Below, piece by piece: positions 37,825 through 46,321 of a stretch of 64,000 nt of DNA. Source of the DNA: Ignavibacteriota bacterium (lineage in GTDB: Bacteria; Bacteroidota; Ignavibacteria; Kapaibacteriales; UBA2268). The stretch covers positions 13,693 through 77,692 of the forward strand of contig JAGQWJ010000005.1 of NCBI GenBank assembly GCA_020437395.1, read 5' to 3'. The notes beneath the pieces were generated by a model. That model did not search any database and was not told the DNA's origin. It was given only the letters and a program-made list of their open reading frames with translations. Position 1 is the stretch's first letter. Every line of letters begins with the position of its first letter. The position numbers and the translations under genes were made by a program.

Positions 37825-38784
37825 ATGTTAAAAATAATTACTACTAGCTTGATATTGCTCTGTTTGCCGCTAAGTTATCTTTTTTCTTTAAATTACAAAG
37901 AAAGGATTGTGGGAAAACATGACGATGAGGTTCTTGGTGTTTTCGTTAATGAAGCAGACTCGAAAGTGGCTACTTGCAGTTTGGACGAAACGATAAAAAT
38001 TTGGAGCATTCCGGAAGGAAAAGAATTGGTAACAATGAAAGGTCACTTGGGACAAGTGAATAACTTATCTTTTTCTGGAAATGATAAATGGATAGCTTCT
38101 GCGTCTGGTGATCATACTGTTAGGGTTTGGGATGTAGAAACTGGGGAACAGTTAAAGATATTCAGAGGTCACACTGATCAAGTGATTGGAGTGTATTTCA
38201 GTCAAGATGATAGTAGTACTTTTATTGCTTCTACAAGTTTTGACAAAACTGTTAAACTTTGGGATTATAGGTTAGGCACTGAGATAAAAACTCTAAGGGA
38301 TCATACTGAACCAACCAATAACGTAGCTTATAGTTATGATGGTGACTTTATAGCTTCATGTAGTGATGATAAATCTATTAAAATTTGGTCAACTGACTTA
38401 GAAACTAAAGAACCAGTTATGACTTTATTAGGACACGACGCTCCAGTATTGACAGTTCTTTATTCGTTCGATTCAAAAAAATTGGCGTCTTCTGACCAAG
38501 ATGGAGTGATTAAAATTTGGTCAATGCCTGACGGAAAGCTTTTAAATAGTTGGAAAGCACACGATGAATTAGTACAGGATATATCTTTTGCAGAAGACAA
38601 CACAACATTAGTAAGTGCTAGTTTAGATAAAAAAGTTAAACTTTGGAATTCTACGAACTCAAAGCTACTTTGGGAGTTCAATGCTGGTGTTGAAATTTGG
38701 TCCGTTGATTTGGTCTATGATGCAACAACAATTGTATTAGGTTGTGTAGATGGCACAGTTAGATTTTTGGAAAAACAAAAGTAA
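37825..38784 (+). CDS. Exported seven-bladed canonical WD40 repeat protein
   Basis: Signal peptide MLKIITTSLILLCLPLSYLFS, then seven GH...WD-type repeats (for example GHLGQVNNLSF...DHTVRVWDV). Confidence 0.85.
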   Translation: MLKIITTSLILLCLPLSYLFSLNYKERIVGKHDDEVLGVFVNEADSKVATCSLDETIKIWSIPEGKELVTMKGHLGQVNNLSFSGNDKWIASASGDHTVRVWDVETGEQLKIFRGHTDQVIGVYFSQDDSSTFIASTSFDKTVKLWDYRLGTEIKTLRDHTEPTNNVAYSYDGDFIASCSDDKSIKIWSTDLETKEPVMTLLGHDAPVLTVLYSFDSKKLASSDQDGVIKIWSMPDGKLLNSWKAHDELVQDISFAEDNTTLVSASLDKKVKLWNSTNSKLLWEFNAGVEIWSVDLVYDATTIVLGCVDGTVRFLEKQK

Positions 38785-38794
38785 CAGGATAAAA

Positions 38795-39511
38795 ATGATG
38801 AAATTAAAATATATTATATTAGCTACAGTTGCTTTTTTATTATTTAGCAATGACTTGCAATCTCAAGGGTTTATTAAGACAGTTGTATCATTGACTGGTA
38901 ACGTATTTAACCAAGTTACAAAACAACCAGAAACAACTGCCCTTCTAGTAATGAAAGATGGTAAACGTGTTACTGCAACAAGAAGTAGAGCTTCGGAAAA
39001 TGGATATTACTATATTACAGGTCTAAAAGCAGGTGAATCTTACGATATAAAACTTCAGAAGAGTGGCTTTATGGATCAACAATTCTCGATTCAAGTTCCA
39101 AATACTGACAAATATGCGGAGATTTCAAAAGATTTCCTAATTATGCCAAAAGAAGTAGGCGTTAAGTTACCTCTATCAGTACCTCCTTTTGAATATAATA
39201 AATCAAAATTAAGAGTTGGTAGTGAAATTTTACTTGATGATTTGCAAGAAACATTGAAACTAAATCCAGATGTTAAAGTTCAGATTATTAGTTATCCAGA
39301 TAATGATAAGAGTCCAGCTGCAAACGAAACACTGACTAAAGACAGAGCGGAATCATTAAAAAAATTCTTTGCAAACTCGGGAGTTAGCCCGGAAAGGATG
39401 TCAATTATGGCAAATAAAACTACTGACCCTGATAATCCTCCTCCAAAAGAAAAAGCCGCAAAGGGAAAAAGATACATTGGAAAATCATATATAAAAATAG
39501 TATCTCTTTAG
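38795..39511 (+). CDS. Exported OmpA-family (peptidoglycan-binding) protein with an N-terminal carboxypeptidase-regulatory-like beta-sandwich
   Basis: ATG 38795 with AGGA upstream. Signal peptide MMKLKYIILATVAFLLFSNDLQSQ. YYITGLKAGESYDI resembles a CarboxypepD_reg fold. The OmpA-like block is FEYNKSKLRVGSEILLDDLQETLKLNPDVKVQIISYPD...LTKDRAESLKKFF. Confidence 0.72.
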   Translation: MMKLKYIILATVAFLLFSNDLQSQGFIKTVVSLTGNVFNQVTKQPETTALLVMKDGKRVTATRSRASENGYYYITGLKAGESYDIKLQKSGFMDQQFSIQVPNTDKYAEISKDFLIMPKEVGVKLPLSVPPFEYNKSKLRVGSEILLDDLQETLKLNPDVKVQIISYPDNDKSPAANETLTKDRAESLKKFFANSGVSPERMSIMANKTTDPDNPPPKEKAAKGKRYIGKSYIKIVSL

Positions 39512-39522
39512 AGAAAAATTTC

Positions 39523-39552
39523 AAAAGACGTTCAATTGAACGTCTTTTTTTT
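39523..39552 (+). terminator. Rho-independent terminator
   Basis: GACGTTC-AATT-GAACGTC hairpin extended by A/T pairs, followed by T8. Confidence 0.8.
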
Positions 39553-39620
39553 ATTCACTAATTGTGAAATATTCTATATTATTCTTATTTTGAATCTTAA
39601 ATTAATTGAAAAAATAAAGA

Positions 39621-40466
39621 TTGAATAAAGATAATATAATAGTTCAAATTAGAAATCTACATAAATACTTTGGTGATTCACATATTCTCCGAGGTATAGA
39701 TTTAGATATAAAGAAAGGGCAATTGGTCTCAATTATAGGCAGGTCGGGATGTGGCAAAACAACATTACTCCGATGTTTAAATTGTCTAGAAATACTTGAT
39801 GAAGGTACTATTAGAATTGAAGATTTAGAATTAACCAGAACTAAAGATAGAAAAGAATTAGAAAGAAAGGTTAACAAAATTCGAAAAAAAGTTGGAATGC
39901 CTTTCATAAATTCCATAGAAGAAAACAAATTGGATCAGGACTTCAAACTCAAAGCACACAAATTAAGAACAAAAGTTGGTATGCTTTTTCAAGGTTTGAA
40001 TCTATTTCCAAACTACAATGTTTTAGAAAACATAATAATCGCACCTAAAATTGTCCAAGGTAAAGACGTTGAACATTCCAAACAACAAGCTATCCAATTA
40101 CTAACAAAAGTTGGTATGCAAGATTATATTGATAGAATGCCAAATCAATTGTCAGGTGGTCAAGCTCAAAGGGTTGCGATAGCAAGAGCACTTGCTATGA
40201 ATCCAAAAGTGATGCTCTACGATGAGCCGACTTCTGCACTTGATCCAGAATTAGTAGATGAAGTCATTAAAGTTATGACAGATTTGAATAAGGAAGGAAT
40301 GACTCAAATAGTAGTAACTCATTCTATGAATTTTGCAAAAAATGCTTCAGACTTAGTCGTTTTTATGGATAAGGGTGAAATCATAGAAATGTCACCTCCA
40401 GAAGAGATGTTTTCTAATCCGAAAGACAGCAGAACTAGAGACTATCTAAAATTATTGGCTGTTTAA
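39621..40466 (+). CDS. Polar amino acid ABC transporter ATP-binding protein (GlnQ/HisP-like) carrying a roughly 28-aa internal insertion
   Basis: Walker A GRSGCGKTT, Q-loop LFQ, signature LSGGQAQR, Walker B MLYDEPTSALD, H-loop VVTHSM. TTG start. Confidence 0.9.
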   Translation: MNKDNIIVQIRNLHKYFGDSHILRGIDLDIKKGQLVSIIGRSGCGKTTLLRCLNCLEILDEGTIRIEDLELTRTKDRKELERKVNKIRKKVGMPFINSIEENKLDQDFKLKAHKLRTKVGMLFQGLNLFPNYNVLENIIIAPKIVQGKDVEHSKQQAIQLLTKVGMQDYIDRMPNQLSGGQAQRVAIARALAMNPKVMLYDEPTSALDPELVDEVIKVMTDLNKEGMTQIVVTHSMNFAKNASDLVVFMDKGEIIEMSPPEEMFSNPKDSRTRDYLKLLAV

Positions 40467-40469
40467 ATT

Positions 40470-41963
40470 ATGAAATCACTACTTTTATCCGTTTTATTTA
40501 TTTGTTACTCGTTCAACCTTTTCTCACAAGAGAATCAGGTTCTTAGATGGGCGGCTGATGCAGAAAGTGGTGCACCTTATGTTTTCCAAGATCCAAGAAT
40601 ACCCACAAAATTAATTGGTTTTGAAGTTGATATTATCAATGCTATCTCAAATGAATTGGGAATGGAGAACAAGCATTTTCAGAATCAATGGGATGGGCTT
40701 ATACCTGGTTTAAAGCGAAATGATTACGATTTAGCTATAAACGGCTTAGAAATTACTGAAGACCGAAAAAAAGAAGTCGCTTTCTCAATCCCCTATTATA
40801 TAACTTTTCAACAGATTGTAGTTAGAAATAGTTCTGATGATATTGAAGATTTGAATGGTTTAGAAAACAAGAAAGTTGGAACACTAAAAGGATCTTTAGC
40901 AGAAAGAATATTGAAGGAGCACGGAAATATTTCCGTAAAAACTTATGACAGTGAAGCAAACTCTTACGAAGACCTAAAAAACAACAGACTAGATGCTGTA
41001 TTAATAGATGAGCCAGTAGCAAAATATTATGCTGGTTGGAACCCTGCTTTAAAACTAACAGGTGACCCGATAGGAGAAGTTGTTTACGGTATAGTAATGA
41101 GAAAGCAGGACACAATACTGCAAAAACAGATAAACACGGCTATAACTAAACTTATAACTACTGGTAGATTAAGAGAAATCTTAGAACAGTGGGATATGTG
41201 GAATTATATGGTAGCCTTGTACCTAGATGACAAAACTACCTCAAACATAAAACCCGTAAAATATGAAGCTTTTATTGAGTCAAGGAAAACTGAATTATCA
41301 TTTGATGATTATGTAGATAGATACATAAGCTATATGCCAATACTTGGAGAGGCGGCAATAACTACAATTGTTTTATCTATTTTATCTATGTTTTTAGCAA
41401 TAATTTTAGGTCTTATAATAGCTCTAACAAGAGTTTATGCACCACGACCACTTTCATTTATAGCGGTTACTTACATTGAAGTTATCAGGGGCACTCCCCT
41501 ACTAATACAGTTATTCTTTATTTATTATGCGTTGCCTAGCATTGGTATCAGTATGGATCCATTCTCAGCAGCTATATTAGGATTAGGTCTTAACTATTCA
41601 GCGTACGAAGCGGAAAATTACAGAGCTGGATTGTTTTCTGTACCGAGTGGTCAGATGGAAGCTGCAGTATCATTAGGAATGACTAGGAGACAAGCCTTAA
41701 AACATATTATAATACCTCAAGCTATTAGATTAGTGATTCCTCCTGTTACAAATGATTTTATATCACTGCTAAAAGATACTTCATTAGTTTCGGTTATAGC
41801 AATGGCTGAATTGACAAAAAGATATTTAGAATTATCTGCTACTTATTATGATTATATAGGAACTGGAATAATAGTAGCAATTATATACCTAATTATTGGT
41901 TTACCATTCGTGAAACTCTCAAAATACCTAGAAAAACACTATTCTTTAGACAAAAAGAACTAA
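40470..41963 (+). CDS. Fused polar amino acid ABC transporter: periplasmic substrate-binding domain plus permease domain
   Basis: Signal peptide. SBP_bac_3-like LRWAADAESGAPYVF and DLAINGLEITEDR. Permease with the EAA loop EAAVSLGMTRRQALKHIIIPQA. Confidence 0.88.
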   Translation: MKSLLLSVLFICYSFNLFSQENQVLRWAADAESGAPYVFQDPRIPTKLIGFEVDIINAISNELGMENKHFQNQWDGLIPGLKRNDYDLAINGLEITEDRKKEVAFSIPYYITFQQIVVRNSSDDIEDLNGLENKKVGTLKGSLAERILKEHGNISVKTYDSEANSYEDLKNNRLDAVLIDEPVAKYYAGWNPALKLTGDPIGEVVYGIVMRKQDTILQKQINTAITKLITTGRLREILEQWDMWNYMVALYLDDKTTSNIKPVKYEAFIESRKTELSFDDYVDRYISYMPILGEAAITTIVLSILSMFLAIILGLIIALTRVYAPRPLSFIAVTYIEVIRGTPLLIQLFFIYYALPSIGISMDPFSAAILGLGLNYSAYEAENYRAGLFSVPSGQMEAAVSLGMTRRQALKHIIIPQAIRLVIPPVTNDFISLLKDTSLVSVIAMAELTKRYLELSATYYDYIGTGIIVAIIYLIIGLPFVKLSKYLEKHYSLDKKN

Positions 41964-42718
41964 ATATACTTAAAATCTCTTTGTCTAAGAATCTCAAATA
42001 AAACAATTCCCGCCGATACCGAAGCATTCAGTGATTGAGTAGTGCCCAACATTGGAATTTTTATCAAATGATCGCACACTTTTTTTACTCTAGGTCTCAT
42101 ACCATTACCTTCAGAGCCGATAACTAATACAATGGGTGAATTATAAATTTCCTCTGTGTAAACAGTGTCTGTATCGACTTCTGTACCTACTATCCAAAAG
42201 CCATGTTCTTTTAGATTTGACAATTCGGTTGCCAAATTAGTAACTTTAGCTATAGGAATTTTAGTCAATGCACCAGCAGAAGCTTTTACAGCAAAAGAAT
42301 TTATTGGTGCTGAATTCCTTTCTGTTATTAAAAGTGCAGTTGCTCCGGCACATTCGGCGGATCTGGCAATGGCACCTAGATTCTGAGGATCCGTAATTTC
42401 GTCAAGTGCAACTATAAGAGGGTTATCTGTTTTTTCATAAGATTTTTCAAGTATATCTACTATTGTCAAAGTATCAACTTGTTTTGTAACAGCTATAACA
42501 TTTTGTGATAAATTATCACCAGGACAAACATTTTTTTCTAAATCTCTGAATCTTTTCCTATCATATTTTGTAACAGAAATACCATTTTTGTTCGCCTCTT
42601 TAAATATTCTATTTATAGAAGCTCCTTGTGCTCCAAATGCTATAAATATTTTCTCAACTTTATTAGCTTCAATTCCTTGAAGCACTGCGTTTTTACCATA
42701 GATATAATTATCTTTCAT
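41960..42718 (-). CDS. rlmB: 23S rRNA (guanosine-2'-O)-methyltransferase RlmB (SpoU/TrmH family)
   Basis: N-terminal IYGKNAV substrate-binding domain. SpoU motifs DPQNLGAIARSA, LVIGSEGNGM and IPMLGTTQSLNASVSAGIVLFE. Confidence 0.85.
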   Translation of the reverse strand: MKDNYIYGKNAVLQGIEANKVEKIFIAFGAQGASINRIFKEANKNGISVTKYDRKRFRDLEKNVCPGDNLSQNVIAVTKQVDTLTIVDILEKSYEKTDNPLIVALDEITDPQNLGAIARSAECAGATALLITERNSAPINSFAVKASAGALTKIPIAKVTNLATELSNLKEHGFWIVGTEVDTDTVYTEEIYNSPIVLVIGSEGNGMRPRVKKVCDHLIKIPMLGTTQSLNASVSAGIVLFEILRQRDFKYI

Positions 42719-43093
42719 TTAAACTGACTCTATTGTTATATAAGCAATTGCATTATTATCAGTATGTGACAATGATACTTTAATTGAATTATTCCCATAT
42801 TTTTCTTTCAAATCTCCATCAAGACGAATTATAGGTTCACCAGATTTTTGATTTTCAATATATATTTCTTTGAACTTAAATCCCCTTGCAAAACCAGTTC
42901 CAATAGCTTTTGAAAAGGCCTCCTTAGCTGCGAATCTTGCTGCATAATGAGCATATTTGTTTACTTTGAATTGTTCACAATAATTAATTTCTACTTTAGT
43001 AAACATTTTTTCTTTGAATCTTTCTCCGTACTTCTCAATAGTACTTCTTATTCTTTCAATTTCTATTATATCAGTTCCTATACCAATTATCAT
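42719..43093 (-). CDS. acpS: Holo-[acyl-carrier-protein] synthase
   Basis: MIIGIGTDIIEIERI, AARFAAKEAFSKA and VSLSHT blocks. Confidence 0.9.
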   Translation of the reverse strand: MIIGIGTDIIEIERIRSTIEKYGERFKEKMFTKVEINYCEQFKVNKYAHYAARFAAKEAFSKAIGTGFARGFKFKEIYIENQKSGEPIIRLDGDLKEKYGNNSIKVSLSHTDNNAIAYITIESV

Positions 43094-43842
43094 ATTCCTT
43101 TCTTTTCCTTGTATTTTTCTAATATTAAGGGTAATGCAATTCCAGAATTCAAATTGATCTTAACATCTACGAACGAAGTTAATTGAGTGTCATTGGGGTT
43201 TATTTCAATTAATTTAGCACCGTTTCTTTTAGCGATTAATGGTAAGTCAGCAGCAGGATACACCTCTGCGGAAGTACCTACTGAAAAATAGACTTTAGAA
43301 TTTTCTGCATAAATCTGAGCTAATTCAATCTCATGTCTCGGTAATATTTCCCCAAACCATACAACATCAGGTCTAATTTTACCATTACAATATATGCAGT
43401 TGCTAATCTTATTATGTTCTACAATTTTTGATGTATGTATTTTATTGCAATCGAAACACTTATTTCTGACAATAGAACCATGAAGTTCAACTACATTTTT
43501 TGAACCTGCCCTTTGATGAAGACCATCGACATTTTGAGTAATCAAACTAAAGTTCTTAATTAAATTTTGGAATTCAGCTAATGCGTAATGCCCTGGGTTC
43601 GGAATGGAGTTATTTACAATATTTACACGATATTGATACCAAGACCATACGAGTTCTGGATTAGACATAAAACCATCAATACTAGCTAATTCCTGAGGAT
43701 TGAACTTTGACCAAAGTCCATCTGGATCTCGAAAAGTAGAAATACCACTTTCTGCTGATATACCGGCACCTGTTAAAACCGAAACATTATCAGTATTTAA
43801 CAAATAATCAACAACAGTATCTATATTTTTATCTATATCCAT
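43090..43842 (-). CDS. cobB: NAD-dependent protein deacylase (Sir2 family, CobB type)
   Basis: GAGISAESGISTFR, QNVDGLH, zinc ribbon CFDC...CIYC and RPDVVWFGE. ATG 43842 is preferred over the longer ORF-track start. Confidence 0.88.
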   Translation of the reverse strand: MDIDKNIDTVVDYLLNTDNVSVLTGAGISAESGISTFRDPDGLWSKFNPQELASIDGFMSNPELVWSWYQYRVNIVNNSIPNPGHYALAEFQNLIKNFSLITQNVDGLHQRAGSKNVVELHGSIVRNKCFDCNKIHTSKIVEHNKISNCIYCNGKIRPDVVWFGEILPRHEIELAQIYAENSKVYFSVGTSAEVYPAADLPLIAKRNGAKLIEINPNDTQLTSFVDVKINLNSGIALPLILEKYKEKKGI

Positions 43843-43994
43843 ATAAAAATTGTTTTGTATTAACTCCAGTAGCAAAAATAGATATTTTTAATATAAAAAC
43901 TCTTTCAATATAATATTCTTCTTTATTATTTATAAGATTTATATTATGTTCTGTTCTAATTAGAAACCAAAGTTTAAAAAGTTTATAGTTCTCA

Positions 43995-44588
43995 ATGAAT
44001 GAATCAAATAAAATCTTCCCTTTAAGTAATAAAAGAAGTTTAAAAGGCAACCGTAGGTTAGCAAGGGAAAAAGTATTGCAAATCATAATGGCTTATTACA
44101 GTTGTGAGTCTGACTTAGATATTCTATTTGATCATATTTTTTATAGAGTCTTTTATTTCGGTGATGAAGAAGAGACGGAAAAGAAAAACACTGGAAAGTT
44201 TTTAAGACCAGAAGAAATATTAGAATTGGAGTCTGATATTCCAATACATTGGAGAGATGAAGACATTGATTTTGGTAAAACTTTAGCTAATACTATTGTT
44301 AATAAGCAAGAATACTTAAACAATCTACTTGAAGAATTTGCTCAAAATTGGGAAATTGATAGAATTGCAAAAATAGATAGATATTTAGTGCAGTCTGCAA
44401 TTTGTGAGTTAATCTTCTTCGAGGAAATACCTCCAAAAGTTAGTATAAATGAAGCAATAGAAATATCGAAAAAATACAGTACTGATAGAAGTAAAATGTT
44501 TGTAAACGGAATATTAGATTCGATATTGAAGAAACTTGGTGATGATGGTAAAATAAATAAAAGTGGTCGAGGACTTAACGAAGGTTAA
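43995..44588 (+). CDS. nusB: Transcription antitermination factor NusB
   Basis: RRLAREKVLQIIMAY N-terminal block. IDRIAKIDRYLVQSAICEL and INEAIEISKKY blocks. Confidence 0.85.
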   Translation: MNESNKIFPLSNKRSLKGNRRLAREKVLQIIMAYYSCESDLDILFDHIFYRVFYFGDEEETEKKNTGKFLRPEEILELESDIPIHWRDEDIDFGKTLANTIVNKQEYLNNLLEEFAQNWEIDRIAKIDRYLVQSAICELIFFEEIPPKVSINEAIEISKKYSTDRSKMFVNGILDSILKKLGDDGKINKSGRGLNEG

Positions 44589-44628
44589 TACTTTCAACCA
44601 CTTTAATTCATTAAAATTTATTTATACA

Positions 44629-45144
44629 CTAAATCCCCAATTCTGATTTTATTTGAGAAACCCAGTTCTCAATTCTTTTATCAGTTAATTCTGGTTCATT
44701 ATCTTCGTCAATAGCCAAACCACAGAAATATCCATCACCATCGTCCCCAACAGATTTTGTGTGTTGAAAGCCTTTAGTTGGTGTTCTGCCGAACACTTCA
44801 CCACCTGAATTTCTTACAGGCAATGCCATTTTCCCAATAGCATCTAAATAGTTTTCGTGGTAAGCTTCTTGGTCTCCTGTACCTACAAAACCTACTTTTT
44901 TACCTTCAAAATTATAATTAGTCCATTGATCAAAAACTTCATCCCAGTCGTCTTGAAGTTCTCCGTCATTCCAAGTTGGAACAGCTATAATCAGAGTGTC
45001 ATAATCGTCAATAACATTAAAATCAACACTTGCTATATCATGTAGATCTACGTCAATATCGTTATCTCTTAGTACTTCATCTAATTTTTCAGCTACTATT
45101 TCAGTAACGCCAGTGTTAGTTCCGTAAATTAAACCAATTTTCAT
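44629..45144 (-). CDS. fldA: Long-chain flavodoxin
   Basis: MKIGLIYGTNTGVTE FMN phosphate loop and PTWNDGELQDDW block. Confidence 0.88.
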   Translation of the reverse strand: MKIGLIYGTNTGVTEIVAEKLDEVLRDNDIDVDLHDIASVDFNVIDDYDTLIIAVPTWNDGELQDDWDEVFDQWTNYNFEGKKVGFVGTGDQEAYHENYLDAIGKMALPVRNSGGEVFGRTPTKGFQHTKSVGDDGDGYFCGLAIDEDNEPELTDKRIENWVSQIKSELGI

Positions 45145-45217
45145 AAAAAAATACCAATTTTTGTTTTTTGTAATGTTTACAAAATTAAAAATAAATTGTT
45201 TCTGAATAAAATCATTA

Positions 45218-46321
45218 TTAATTTATTGTATCGACTTTGGGTATTGTAAAAAAGAATGTCGAACCTTCACCATATTTACTTTCGACCCAAATTTTGCCAT
45301 TATGTTTCTTTATAAAATCTTGACAGAGTATTAATCCTAGCCCAGTCCCAACTTCTTCATTTGTGCCATGAGTTGTGTGATGAACTTCTATTTTGAATAA
45401 TTTATCTATATCTGTTTGCTGCATACCTACACCGTTATCCTTAACCCAAATAATCATATCATTTTCATCATAATCAGAACATCCTACTTCTATTTTACCA
45501 CCTATTTGAGTAAACTTAATAGCATTAGAAATTAAATTTCTTAATACTGTATTAATCATATTCAAATCGGCGTTTATTTTAATATCTTCATCGATCTTAT
45601 TAACTACTTCTAACTCCTTTCTTTCTATATTATTACTCAGTAAATCTATAATATTTTCAGAAAGTTTAGAAAGTAATATTATACTTGGATCAAATGAAAT
45701 CTTATTATTTTGGTTTCTTGACCATTCCAATAAATCTTCAAGTAATTTATAGACATTTCTTGCTGATTCATTTAGCTTTTTTACAAAGTCAAATATATCT
45801 TCCCTATCGAAATCATCATAATCCTTAACTAGTACATCGGTTATATTATTGAAAGCACTTATTGGACTCTTCAAATCATGAGCAATTATTGAAAAAAACT
45901 TATCTTTTGATCTATTCGCAAATATCAACTCATCTTGAATTTTTTTCATTTTGATTTGGTTTTCAACTCTAACAATTAACTCTTCTTTGATAAAAGGTTT
46001 GCTAATATAGTCTATTCCACCATTTCTTAATCCTCTAATAATAGAGTCTATATCTGACTTTGCAGTAAGATAAATTATAGGAATGTCATTGGTCTGTGGA
46101 TTTGCTTTTAAGATTTCACAAATCTCAAACCCATCCTTCTCTGGCATCATTATATCTAATAAAATTAAATCATAGTCAGTATGGAGAACTTGTTCAATTG
46201 CTTTTTCTCCTGATTGTGCAAATGCAATATCGAATCCTTTTTCTGTTAAAATATTCCCTACCACTTGTATATTAGTGGGGTTATCATCAACTATTAGTAT
46301 TTTCCCTTTGCTAGTTTCCAT
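45218..46321 (-). CDS. Hybrid two-component protein: receiver, HisKA, HATPase_c
   Basis: KILIVDD, LILLDIMMP, SKP, IIAHDLKSPI, NLISNAIKF, DNGVGM and GTGLGL. It overlaps the upstream kinase gene by 11 nt. Confidence 0.85.
   Translation of the reverse strand: METSKGKILIVDDNPTNIQVVGNILTEKGFDIAFAQSGEKAIEQVLHTDYDLILLDIMMPEKDGFEICEILKANPQTNDIPIIYLTAKSDIDSIIRGLRNGGIDYISKPFIKEELIVRVENQIKMKKIQDELIFANRSKDKFFSIIAHDLKSPISAFNNITDVLVKDYDDFDREDIFDFVKKLNESARNVYKLLEDLLEWSRNQNNKISFDPSIILLSKLSENIIDLLSNNIERKELEVVNKIDEDIKINADLNMINTVLRNLISNAIKFTQIGGKIEVGCSDYDENDMIIWVKDNGVGMQQTDIDKLFKIEVHHTTHGTNEEVGTGLGLILCQDFIKKHNGKIWVESKYGEGSTFFFTIPKVDTIN

Noticed and set aside
43090-43842. Sir2-family protein as a defence effector (Thoeris / DSR / SIR2-HerA style).
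   Set aside because: It is a standard-length CobB-type deacylase with an intact zinc ribbon and NAD motifs. It is embedded in a housekeeping acpS-rlmB operon with no partner genes.
43829-44086. 85-aa minus-strand ORF across the cobB-nusB intergenic region.
   Set aside because: It overlaps the nusB start and the cobB upstream region. It is low complexity and is more likely a divergent promoter region.
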